From an uncultured Lysobacteraceae bacterium (lineage in GTDB: Bacteria; Pseudomonadota; Gammaproteobacteria; Xanthomonadales; Xanthomonadaceae): a stretch of 64,000 nt of DNA. The position numbers and the translations under genes were made by a program. Below the pieces are notes generated by a model that made no database searches, was not told the DNA's origin, and saw nothing but the letters and a program-made list of their open reading frames with translations. The stretch's first letter is position 1. Every line of letters begins with the position of its first letter. Of the stretch, positions 19,580 through 29,743 are shown piece after piece. Where the stretch lies: the NCBI GenBank assembly GCA_937897645.1, contig CALCNV010000140.1:110872-174871 (forward strand), written 5' to 3'.

Positions 19580-21870
19580 CGTTTGGCGCGGGCCAGCGCG
19601 TCGGCCACCACGTCCTGAGTCAGTACAGTCGGCAACACTTCGCCTTCGCCGCCGTCATTGGGGAACACCACGTACAGCGGCACGCCCACGGCGTTGTGTT
19701 GTTCCAGGAAGGCGGTGATGGCCGGGTCCACGTTGGTCCAGTCGCCCTGCATGAACACCGCATCGGCCTGCTGCATCGCCGCCTTGAACGCATCGCGGCT
19801 GAGCACGGCTTTCTCGTTGGCCTTGCAGGTCACGCACCAGTCGGCGGTCATGTCCACGAACACGACGCGGCCTTCGCCACGCAGCGCGGCCAAACGCGCT
19901 GCCGAATACGGCTCCACGCCTTCAGCTGTCGTCGCATGGTTTGCCGCAGGCGGCAGGCGATGCACCAGCACCAGCGGCACCAAGGACGCCAGCAGCAAGC
20001 CGATCGCCAAGGTGCGACGCAGCGGTGCCACCTGCAGACGCAGGCGTTGGTACCACCACAGCCCCAGCGCCAGCAGCACCAGGCCCACCATCACCAATCC
20101 GATCGCATCCACGCCGCGCTGCTTGCCCAGCACCCACACCAGCCACGCCGCGGTCAGGTACATGGGGAAGGCGAGGAACTGCTTCAGCGTTTCCATCCAT
20201 GCGCCCGGCTTGGGCAAGCGCTGCGCCAGTGCCGGAATGAAACCGATCAGCAGGAACGGCAACGCCAATCCCAATCCAAGGAAGGCGAACACCAGCATCG
20301 CCACCGGCGTGGACGTAGTAAAGGCGAACGCCAATGCCGCACCCATGAACGGCGCGGTACAGGGGCTGGCGATGACCACCGCCAGCACGCCGGTGAAGAA
20401 ATCCCCGGCCGGACCGCTGCGTGCAGTCAATTCATGACCAGCGCCGGCGAAACGGTGCCCCAGCGCAAACACGCCCGACAAACTCAAGCCGACCGCGAAC
20501 ATCACGTAGACGAGCGCCCCGATCACCAGCGGCTGCTGCAGCTGGAAACCCCAGCCCATCGCCTGTCCCGCCGCGCGCAGCGCCAGCGCAATCGCGCCGA
20601 CGGCCATGAAGCTCAACAGCACGCCCGCCGTGTACCAGAGCGCGCTGGTGCGGGCGTGGCCACCGCTGCGTCCGCTGTCCGCAAGCGACAGTGCCTTCAG
20701 CGACAACACCGGCAGCACGCAGGGCATCAGGTTGAGGATGAGGCCACCGCCGAAGGCGAGCAGCAGGGCGAGGAACAGGTTGGTGGTTCTTGGTTGTTGG
20801 TTGTTGGTGGGGTTTGCGGCTTTTTCGAGTATGTCGGCGGGCGGGGTGGTGCGGGGGACTTCTTGCGCTGGCGTCGTGCTGGCTGCGGCGGTCGTGGGTA
20901 CGGTCGCACCGGGCAGGGCCGGGATAAGCGTGGGGGTTGCTGCTTCGGCCAAATCTTCCGCCGGAGTCACCGCGCCTTTAGGAATCGCCACCGCCACCGC
21001 ACGCGTCATCGGCGGATAGCAGATACCGTCGTTCTGGCAGCCCTGGAAGGTCACCTTGAGCGTGGCGTTGGCGGCATCACCGTGCGTGCGCAGCAGCGGT
21101 ACCGCAACTTCGGCCTGGTCGAAATACACGACCACGTCGCCGAAGTGTTCGTCGCGGTGCGAAACGCCTTTCGGCCAGTTCGGCTGCCCCAGGCGAATGC
21201 CTTTCGCGCCCTCAAGGCTCATCGTGGTGCGGTCGCGGTAGAGGTAATACCCGGGCGTCGGTGTGAACCGCAGGAGCAACTGGTTGCCGTCGTAGGCAAT
21301 GGCTTCGAAGGCGAAGGCCTGTTCCTGCGGAAGTGGTAGTGCATCCACGCCAGTGGTCGCGGCGGCCGGGGCTCCCAGCAAAGGCAGCCCTGTGCCGCGC
21401 GCTGCGCCGACAATTCCCAAGCCAGTGCCATTGCCAGCCGGAGGCAAGGGCACGGTCAGGGTGCGAGTCTGGGGCGGGTAGCAGATGCCGGCATCGGCAC
21501 AGCCCTGGTACTTCACCTTCAGGGTGACGCTGTCGGCACCCGCGGCGGCCGCGCCTTCAAAGGCGGCGGCCAGGGTGCCGCGGTAGGTTTCGACGTCGCC
21601 GAAGAACTCGTCGGTGTAGGCCTTGCCCTTGGGCATCTTCAGCACGCCGCCTTCGAAGCCGCCCGTGGCCTCCACGCTGGTACGGTGCCGGTACAGGTAA
21701 TAGCCGTCGTGGATCTTCCATTGCAGCTCGATGCGGTCGCGGCTGGGCGCGCTGGCGCTGAGCACGAAGGCTTCGTCCACCGGCAGCAGGTCGTCCTCGC
21801 TGACCGCCCAGGCGGGTGCGACGGCAAAGGCAAGGACGAGCAGGGCCAGCAGGCGTTGCAACAGGGTCAT
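19576..21870 (-). CDS. dsbD: Thiol:disulfide interchange protein DsbD (two N-terminal Ig-like domains)
   Basis: QGC...ICYPP twice, LMPCVLP, SPCTAPF, TADWCVTC. Confidence 0.93.
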   Translation of the reverse strand: MTLLQRLLALLVLAFAVAPAWAVSEDDLLPVDEAFVLSASAPSRDRIELQWKIHDGYYLYRHRTSVEATGGFEGGVLKMPKGKAYTDEFFGDVETYRGTLAAAFEGAAAAGADSVTLKVKYQGCADAGICYPPQTRTLTVPLPPAGNGTGLGIVGAARGTGLPLLGAPAAATTGVDALPLPQEQAFAFEAIAYDGNQLLLRFTPTPGYYLYRDRTTMSLEGAKGIRLGQPNWPKGVSHRDEHFGDVVVYFDQAEVAVPLLRTHGDAANATLKVTFQGCQNDGICYPPMTRAVAVAIPKGAVTPAEDLAEAATPTLIPALPGATVPTTAAASTTPAQEVPRTTPPADILEKAANPTNNQQPRTTNLFLALLLAFGGGLILNLMPCVLPVLSLKALSLADSGRSGGHARTSALWYTAGVLLSFMAVGAIALALRAAGQAMGWGFQLQQPLVIGALVYVMFAVGLSLSGVFALGHRFAGAGHELTARSGPAGDFFTGVLAVVIASPCTAPFMGAALAFAFTTSTPVAMLVFAFLGLGLALPFLLIGFIPALAQRLPKPGAWMETLKQFLAFPMYLTAAWLVWVLGKQRGVDAIGLVMVGLVLLALGLWWYQRLRLQVAPLRRTLAIGLLLASLVPLVLVHRLPPAANHATTAEGVEPYSAARLAALRGEGRVVFVDMTADWCVTCKANEKAVLSRDAFKAAMQQADAVFMQGDWTNVDPAITAFLEQHNAVGVPLYVVFPNDGGEGEVLPTVLTQDVVADALARAKR
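20784..20811. repeat. Heptamer tandem repeat (TGGTTCT/TGGTTGT) in frame within dsbD
   Basis: tggttct-tggttgt-tggttgt-tggtggg, encoding the PTNNQQPRT linker segment. Confidence 0.7.
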
Positions 21871-21928
21871 CGGGTCGATCTTGAGGTGGGCCGGACGGCC
21901 GACAAGGGTAACCGCTGCGCACGGACAT

Positions 21929-22071
21929 GTAGGAGCGGGCCCTGCCTGCGGTGCACGATGCCCTGTTGTCTGTAGGTCCGAGCTTGCTCGGATGCCCTTG
22001 ATCTTCGCGAAATGCATCCGAGCAAGCTCGGACCTATGAGGGCAAGGGCATCCGGGCAAGCTCGGACCTAC
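21929..22071. repeat. Composite REP cluster between dsbD and groES
   Basis: Units at 21929-21954, 21972-21995, 22014-22037 and 22048-22071. Confidence 0.88.
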
Positions 22072-22099
22072 GTCAGGAGTCATCAGCTGTGGCTTTGCC

Positions 22100-22126
22100 C
22101 TTGAAAGGACGAAAGCACCGCCCCAT
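22100..22126 (+). promoter_or_regulatory. Sigma32 (RpoH) promoter of groESL
   Basis: CTTGAAA-N14-CCCCAT. Confidence 0.85.
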
Positions 22127-22170
22127 GTATCCAGCACTCCCGGCTCGGCCGGGTTTTTATACCTGCAATG

Positions 22171-22197
22171 CTGGCACTCACCCGGTACGAGTGCTAA
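22171..22197 (+). promoter_or_regulatory. CIRCE operator (HrcA)
   Basis: CTGGCACTC-N9-GAGTGCTAA versus consensus TTAGCACTC-N9-GAGTGCTAA. Confidence 0.9.
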
Positions 22198-22244
22198 CAT
22201 CGCCGCCCCTTTCCCTGTTTAATCAATCACTTAAGAGGATTGAA

Positions 22245-22535
22245 ATGAGCAATATCAAGCCGTTGTACGACCGCGTCGTCATCAAGCGCGTCGAAGAAGA
22301 GAAGTTGTCCGCTGGCGGCATCGTCATTCCGGACTCCGCCACCGAGAAGCCCATCAAGGGCAACGTGATCGCCGTCGGCGACGGCAAGGCCCTGGACAAC
22401 GGCACCGTCCGCGCGCCCAAGGTGAAGGTCGGCGACCAGGTCCTGTTCGGCAAGTACAGCGGCACGGAAGTGAAGCTGGACGGCACCGACTACCTGGTGG
22501 TGAAGGAAGACGACATCTTCGCCATCCTCGGCTGA
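22245..22535 (+). CDS. groES: Co-chaperonin GroES
   Basis: [37 protein letters not shown]. Confidence 0.97.
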   Translation: MSNIKPLYDRVVIKRVEEEKLSAGGIVIPDSATEKPIKGNVIAVGDGKALDNGTVRAPKVKVGDQVLFGKYSGTEVKLDGTDYLVVKEDDIFAILG

Positions 22536-22548
22536 TCCATTTTGATTT

Positions 22549-22615
22549 GTAGAGCCGAGCTTGCTCGGCTGCTTTCGGCTCCACGCGAAAGGCATCCGAG
22601 CAAGCTCGGACCTAC
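22549..22615. repeat. REP doublet in the groES-groEL spacer
   Basis: Units 22549-22572 and 22592-22615, CCGAGCTTGCTCGG family. Confidence 0.9.
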
Positions 22616-22625
22616 AGAAACCTAA

Positions 22626-24308
<1,683 letters not shown>

Positions 24309-24335
24309 TCCGGCCAGGCCCGTTACATGCAATAT

Positions 24336-24365
24336 GAAAAACCCCGCCGCGAGGCGGGGTTTTTC
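24336..24365 (+). terminator. Intrinsic terminator after groEL (bidirectional-type)
   Basis: GAAAAACCCCGCC-GCGA-GGCGGGGTTTTTC. Confidence 0.9.
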
Positions 24366-24541
24366 TTGGTGTTTCGGTTGACCCAAGCCTCTGATTCCTA
24401 AAGGTTTGGCGAAAAACTATGGTGCCTGCCCAAGATGGGCTTAAGTCGCAGGCTGCCTTGCATACAGCACAAAAATAACTCTATATTGCAGACAGCCTTT
24501 AATACAGAACGAAATCCTGCCCATATGCAAGGCAAGCTCAT

Positions 24542-25744
24542 ATGAATGCGCAAGATCCGCTGGGGGCGAGCAATGTCATGCGGCATCGTGCGGGGCGATA
24601 TATCTCACAGCCCACCGGCTACCGCGCCTTTGTTCCTGCATCGCTCCCCCCGCAGCCACTCCCGCACTTGATAGGCGAACTGCAGACCTTGCTGTCGCAT
24701 GCAGACCGTGCCTTGGGCCGCCTTGATGGTTCCATCCAGACCTTGCCCAACCCGGATCTGTTCGTCTTCATGTATGTGCGCAAGGAGGCAGTGCTGTCCA
24801 GCCAAATCGAAGGCACGCAGAGCTCTCTGCAGGATCTGCTGGCTGCCGAGGCACAGATCCTGGCACCGGATAGGCCACGTGATGTGGACGAAGTGGTCAA
24901 TTACGTCAACGCAATGAACTACGGCATATCACGGCTGCAGGAACTGCCGGTGTCGGTACGCCTGATCCGCGAAATCCATGAGCGTCTCTTGCAGGGTGTG
25001 CGCGGCATGCGGCTGACACCCGGGGAACTACGTCGTTCTCAGAACTGGATCGGTCCGGCGGGCTGCACTTTGAACGAAGCGATCTTCGTACCGCCGCCTC
25101 CGCATGAGGTACCCGTTGCACTGGGTGCGCTGGAGAATTTCCTCCACGCCGAAAGCGAGTTGCCGCAGTTGGTCCAGATAGGTCTGGCGCATGCACAGTT
25201 CGAGACTATCCACCCCTTCCTCGATGGCAATGGCCGCGTGGGTCGGCTGCTGATTACATTCCTACTATGCCAGCGCGACATTCTGGTGAAGCCGGTATTG
25301 TACCTGTCCCACTTTTTCAAACAGCATCGTGCCGAGTACTACGAGCGGCTGCAGGCGGTACGCGACCGGGGCGACTGGGAGGGTTGGTTGGCATTTTTCC
25401 TGCGCGGCGTAGCCAGTGTCAGCCGCGAGGCGACCGAAACCGCGCGACGCATCCTGGCGTTGCGTGAGGATCATCGTGCGCGAGTGACGACGGGCCTGGG
25501 CCGTGCTGCCGGCAATGGTCACAAGGTTCTTGAGCACTTGTATCAACGCCCCATTGTATCGGTGGCCGATGTGGAGACATTGACCGGCACTTCTTACACG
25601 GCCGCCAATGTGCTGGTCTCGCGCTTGGTGGAGCTGGGCGTGCTGGTGGAAGCCACTGGCTACCGACGTAACCGGTTGTTTCGCTACCAGGCCTACATAG
25701 ATCTGTTTGGCGAACGTGGCGATGAGGCACAGGAGACTGCGTAG
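24542..25744 (+). CDS. Fic-family AMPylase (class II, N-terminal inhibitory helix, C-terminal HTH)
   Basis: HPFLDGNGRVGR catalytic motif; SSQIEG inhibitory motif. Confidence 0.92.
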   Translation: MNAQDPLGASNVMRHRAGRYISQPTGYRAFVPASLPPQPLPHLIGELQTLLSHADRALGRLDGSIQTLPNPDLFVFMYVRKEAVLSSQIEGTQSSLQDLLAAEAQILAPDRPRDVDEVVNYVNAMNYGISRLQELPVSVRLIREIHERLLQGVRGMRLTPGELRRSQNWIGPAGCTLNEAIFVPPPPHEVPVALGALENFLHAESELPQLVQIGLAHAQFETIHPFLDGNGRVGRLLITFLLCQRDILVKPVLYLSHFFKQHRAEYYERLQAVRDRGDWEGWLAFFLRGVASVSREATETARRILALREDHRARVTTGLGRAAGNGHKVLEHLYQRPIVSVADVETLTGTSYTAANVLVSRLVELGVLVEATGYRRNRLFRYQAYIDLFGERGDEAQETA

Positions 25745-25800
25745 TTACCCGGATGGTGGGCTTTGCACGGATCCACACAGCACTGCACGCCAAGCAATAC

Positions 25801-25832
25801 CGAAAGGCCCGCCACGCGCGGGCCTTTCGTTT
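25801..25832 (+). terminator. Intrinsic terminator
   Basis: CGAAAGGCCCGC-CACGC-GCGGGCCTTTCG-TTT. Confidence 0.8.
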
Positions 25833-25858
25833 ATGTGAGACGGCCCGGTACTCTAGGC

Positions 25859-27946
25859 ATGTTTCCACGCACCGGGTTTCCAATGATCGGCAGCAAAGCG
25901 CTTTCCGTAACGCCGTTGCTGCGCATGTTCGCGTTGCTGTGCCTGGCACTGCTCAATGGCTGTGCGGTGGTATCGGTCAAGGAAAAAGGCGCGACCGAGG
26001 CCGACTTCGCCCGTCGCGCGGACGTGCTCAGCACCGGTCGCCTCAGCGCCGACGCCAGCGCGAACCTGGCCATCGCCGGGCTGTTGGTGGACAACTGCCA
26101 GCGTGAACCCGAACCCTGCGCGGCCGTCCTGCGTGAAGCGGTGCCGGAGGAAGCCTGCCTGGCGACGATGGCGGAAGTACGTACGCTGCGCATGCAGGCG
26201 GCCAGTGAGCGCAACGCCATGCAGGCTGCGCCTGAAATTGCCGCGCATGAAGCCATCGACGTAGCCCGCTGGGCCTACGCCTACTTGTTCATGACCCAGC
26301 GCACGCCCGAGCAACGCGTGTTCGAAGTACGCCAGGAGCGCGTGCTGCGCCTCTACAACCGTGCGGTGGAAGTGACCGCGCAAGCCTTGTTCAATCTGGC
26401 GCGTTCGCGTGGCCAAACCCCCAGCCAGATGCAGAACGTGCATAACCTGCGCCTGGGCGTCGAACTCCACGGTTTCGATGACGAGCGCGGCACCATACCC
26501 GAGTCCTTGCTGGCGTCGGACACGCTGGGTTTCGAGAACCTGCGTGCGGTGTTCCGCCGCGATGGTTTTGGCAGCAACCTGGTGGCGGTGTTCCCGCGCC
26601 CGGTCGATGGCGTGGTTGCGGATCCAGTCGTCATCGAGACAGCGAACGCAGCGGCGGCACTGGCAGGGGATGAGACGGCCGAAGCGGTTGAAGTCGTCGA
26701 CGTGGACGCTGCGCAGTTGCCGGTGGATGCAGTGGCAGTCAACACGCCACCTGCACCGCCCTCGCGTCCGCCCTTCCGCGACACGCGCTTCCTCTCGGTC
26801 ACCAGCACGTTGGGTTTCAAGGGCGATACCTTGGCCGAAGTATTGGCGACCGAAGACGTGACCCTGGATGTCTTCAATCCCTACCACCACGACAGCAAGA
26901 CCATCGCCGGTCGCACCGTCCCGCTGGCGGCGAATTTCTCCGCCGCCTATGGCGTGTGGCTGGCGCGTTCGGAACTCGCGCGCCTGAGTCTGTCCAGCCT
27001 GCTGCGCCCGAAACAGACGCGCCCCTTCGCGCCACGCGTCTACCTCAACCAGCCCTACGATCCCGACAAGCGCGTGGTGGTGCTGGTACACGGTCTTGCC
27101 AGTAGTCCCGAGGCGTGGGTGAACCTGGCCAACGAATTGCTGGGCGAGAGCGAGCTGCGCGACCACTACCAGATCTGGCAGGTGTTCTATCCCAACAACC
27201 TGGGCATCTTGGCCAGTCGAGCGCGCATCGACGAAGCCTTGCGCATCACCTTCAACCATTTCGATCCCGAAGGCGTGCATCGCGCCAGCCAGGAGGCTGT
27301 GCTGGTCGGCCACAGCATGGGTGGGGTGATCTCGCGGTTGCTGGTCAGCAACAGTGGCGACCAGGTCCTGCAACGCTCGTTGCAATCACTGCCGCCTGAC
27401 CAGGCGGCTGCACTTGCGAAAGAGCCACGCGTGCAGGAACTGGGCGTCTTCGAGCCGCTGCCTTACGTGGGCCGTGCGGTGTTCCTGGCCGCGCCGCACC
27501 GTGGCGCGGAACTCAATGATGCCTGGCCGATCCGGGTCGTGCGGCGTGCGATCCGCCTGCCGTTCGAGGTCCTGAATGAAGCCTCCGACCTGTTCCAGCG
27601 CAACAGCCTGGACGAAGCAACCCTGCAGCAGGTCGGCTTCCGTGCGGGCCGTCCGTCCACTGGTCCGGACGACCTGAGTCCCGGCTCGCTGTTCATGCAG
27701 GCCACGTCGGACTTGCCCATCAAGGCGGGCCTGCCGTTCCACACCATCGTGGGGGTTCGTGATCCTTCCGTGCCCTTGGCGCAATCCAGTGATGGCGCCG
27801 TGCCGTACGCCAGCGCGCATTTGGCTGATGCAGTATCGGAGAAAGCGGTCATACCCTCGGGCCACAGCGTGCAGGAAACTCCCGGCGCCATCATGGAATT
27901 GCGACGCATCCTGCGGCTGGACATGGAAAGCAGTGCCACGCCGTAG
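25859..27946 (+). CDS. Alpha/beta-hydrolase (lipase/esterase) lipoprotein
   Basis: Lipobox LLNGC, HGLAS, GHSMGG, DGAVP, His in SGHSVQ; start codon uncertain. Confidence 0.85.
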   Translation: MFPRTGFPMIGSKALSVTPLLRMFALLCLALLNGCAVVSVKEKGATEADFARRADVLSTGRLSADASANLAIAGLLVDNCQREPEPCAAVLREAVPEEACLATMAEVRTLRMQAASERNAMQAAPEIAAHEAIDVARWAYAYLFMTQRTPEQRVFEVRQERVLRLYNRAVEVTAQALFNLARSRGQTPSQMQNVHNLRLGVELHGFDDERGTIPESLLASDTLGFENLRAVFRRDGFGSNLVAVFPRPVDGVVADPVVIETANAAAALAGDETAEAVEVVDVDAAQLPVDAVAVNTPPAPPSRPPFRDTRFLSVTSTLGFKGDTLAEVLATEDVTLDVFNPYHHDSKTIAGRTVPLAANFSAAYGVWLARSELARLSLSSLLRPKQTRPFAPRVYLNQPYDPDKRVVVLVHGLASSPEAWVNLANELLGESELRDHYQIWQVFYPNNLGILASRARIDEALRITFNHFDPEGVHRASQEAVLVGHSMGGVISRLLVSNSGDQVLQRSLQSLPPDQAAALAKEPRVQELGVFEPLPYVGRAVFLAAPHRGAELNDAWPIRVVRRAIRLPFEVLNEASDLFQRNSLDEATLQQVGFRAGRPSTGPDDLSPGSLFMQATSDLPIKAGLPFHTIVGVRDPSVPLAQSSDGAVPYASAHLADAVSEKAVIPSGHSVQETPGAIMELRRILRLDMESSATP

Positions 27947-27964
27947 TAACGATGTAGGAGCGAT

Positions 27965-28032
27965 GTAGGAGCGACGTAAGTCGCGATGAAGCTTTCCCAC
28001 GAACCCCGCATCGCGACTTACGTCGCTCCTAC
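27965..28032. repeat. REP doublet (GTAGGAGCGACGTAAGTCGCGA family)
   Basis: Units 27965-27988 and 28009-28032, preceded by an 11-bp tandem duplication CGATGTAGGAG. Confidence 0.9.
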
Positions 28033-28111
28033 GACGTTCTTGCACGATCATCTCCCTGGTTGCATCTGAAACAGTCGCGCGCGGTAAATGCCCGTGGTAT
28101 CTCTGTCGCCC

Positions 28112-28195
28112 ATGAACCTGTCTTCCGCCCTCTTTATCCGCTGGTATTACCGCAACCCAACGCCATCGGCGGAGGAAGGGCAGCGTTCGTTCTAG
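28112..28195 (+). CDS. aroG leader (attenuator) peptide MNLSSALFIRWYYRNPTPSAEEGQRSF
   Basis: 27-codon ORF with clustered F/W/Y/Y codons immediately upstream of a terminator and aroG. Confidence 0.75.
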   Translation: MNLSSALFIRWYYRNPTPSAEEGQRSF

Positions 28196-28220
28196 GTGTG
28201 ACACCAGAAGAATTCCCCTG

Positions 28221-28250
28221 AAGCCGCCGGCACAACTGGCGGCTTTTTTA
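28221..28250 (+). terminator. Attenuator terminator in the aroG 5' leader
   Basis: AGCCGCCGG-CACAA-CTGGCGGCT-TTTTT, about 43 nt before the aroG ATG. Confidence 0.85.
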
Positions 28251-28292
28251 TTGCCTGCAATACCGCAAACCTTATTGAACTGGAGAACCCGC

Positions 28293-29366
28293 ATGGCCCC
28301 CCATACCGACGATCTGCGCATCCGCAAGATCGAAGCACTCAACACCCCGGCCGAGGTCATCGCCGAATTGCCTTGCGACGATGCCGTCTCCGAAGTGGTG
28401 TCGAATGCACGCCAGGCGCTGCACGACATCCTTCACGGCCATGACGACCGGCTTGCGGTGGTGATCGGGCCGTGTTCCATCCACGATCCAGTCGCAGCGA
28501 TGGACTACGCGCGTCGCCTGCGCCCGTTGCGCGATGCCTTGGGCGGCGAACTCGAAATCGTGATGCGCGTGTATTTCGAAAAACCGCGCACCACCGTCGG
28601 CTGGAAAGGTCTCATCAACGATCCCGACATGGACGGCAGCTTCCACATCAACCGTGGCCTGCGCACCGCGCGCGGCTTGTTGCGCGACATCAACGCACTG
28701 GGCTTGCCGGCCGGTTGCGAATACCTGGACATCATCTCGCCGCAGTACATCGCCGACCTCGTCGCCTGGGGCGCGATTGGCGCACGCACCACCGAAAGCC
28801 AGGTCCATCGTGAAATGGCCTCGGGCCTGTCGTGCCCGGTCGGTTTCAAGAACGGCACCGATGGCAACGTGAAGATCGCGGTGGATGCGGTGGGTGCGGC
28901 GGCGCATCCGCATCATTTCCTGGCGGTGACCAAGGATGGCCGCTCCGCCATCGCCGCGACGGCAGGCAATCCGGATGGGCACGTGATCCTGCGTGGCGGC
29001 AAGACGCCCAACTTCGATGCGGACAGCGTCGCGTCGGCCAGCGAGGTGCTGTCGAAAGCGGGCCTGCCCGCGCGCCTGATGATCGATGCCAGCCATGCCA
29101 ACAGCGGCAAGAATCCCGACAACCAGCCCAAGGTCATCGAGGACATCGCGCTGCAGATGGAAGCGGGCGAGACGCGTATCGTCGGCGTGATGGTGGAAAG
29201 CAACCTGGTCGCCGGGCAACAGGCCATGGTCGCGGGCCAGCCGCTGGTCTACGGGCAAAGCATCACCGACGGTTGCATTGGCTGGGAGGACTCGGTGGCC
29301 GTGCTCACGCGTTTGGCACAAGCGGTGCAACGTCGCCGTGAGTTGCGGGTGTCACGCGCCGCCTGA
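28293..29366 (+). CDS. aroG: Class I DAHP synthase
   Basis: GPCSIHD, RVYFEKPRTTVGWKG, GARTTESQ.HR, DASHANS, SITDGCIGW. Confidence 0.95.
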   Translation: MAPHTDDLRIRKIEALNTPAEVIAELPCDDAVSEVVSNARQALHDILHGHDDRLAVVIGPCSIHDPVAAMDYARRLRPLRDALGGELEIVMRVYFEKPRTTVGWKGLINDPDMDGSFHINRGLRTARGLLRDINALGLPAGCEYLDIISPQYIADLVAWGAIGARTTESQVHREMASGLSCPVGFKNGTDGNVKIAVDAVGAAAHPHHFLAVTKDGRSAIAATAGNPDGHVILRGGKTPNFDADSVASASEVLSKAGLPARLMIDASHANSGKNPDNQPKVIEDIALQMEAGETRIVGVMVESNLVAGQQAMVAGQPLVYGQSITDGCIGWEDSVAVLTRLAQAVQRRRELRVSRAA

Positions 29367-29743
29367 TCCGCTTTCTTTGCGAGGCATGTCCACCCTGCAT
29401 GACATCAGCGTGCAGTGACTGGCTTCAAGCGGGGCTATCGTCATTGCACTTTCCGGTCCGCGAACAGGGATCTGCAAGGCAGCCCGGTTCAACGTTGGTT
29501 GATCGCCGACATGCGTGTGCTCCTCGGATCTGGGTGTCGGCTGTGATCGCATCGTTACAGCGCTTGCAGTCCGTCGCTTGAGTGCCGAACAGCCCTGCAT
29601 GGCTGCATTTCCAAGTGGCGAAAATAATGCCATGCCTCACAATAGATGAGAGGCAGTCAATCTTCCGCGCTTGCCGCTCTACAATCAGGCATCAATAGTC
29701 GTGATCGAACATGCGCTCGCTGGCATGGCGAGTCGCATGATGG

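Noticed and set aside
12598-22100. Absence of dusB before fis and of cutA before dsbD
   Set aside because: Gene-order variation that cannot be judged without the rest of the genome; no pseudogene remnants visible.
19576-22200. N-terminal extensions of DsbD, the MFS gene and the CE12 esterase that run through REP elements
   Set aside because: They are translations of REP DNA; signal peptides and better starts lie downstream (21870, 8033, 55383).
29367-29743. Hidden gene or riboswitch in the 380-bp gap before the GGDEF-EAL gene
   Set aside because: Only a 7-codon minus-strand ORF (MSAINQR) after a GAGGAG; no recognisable riboswitch motif or terminator.
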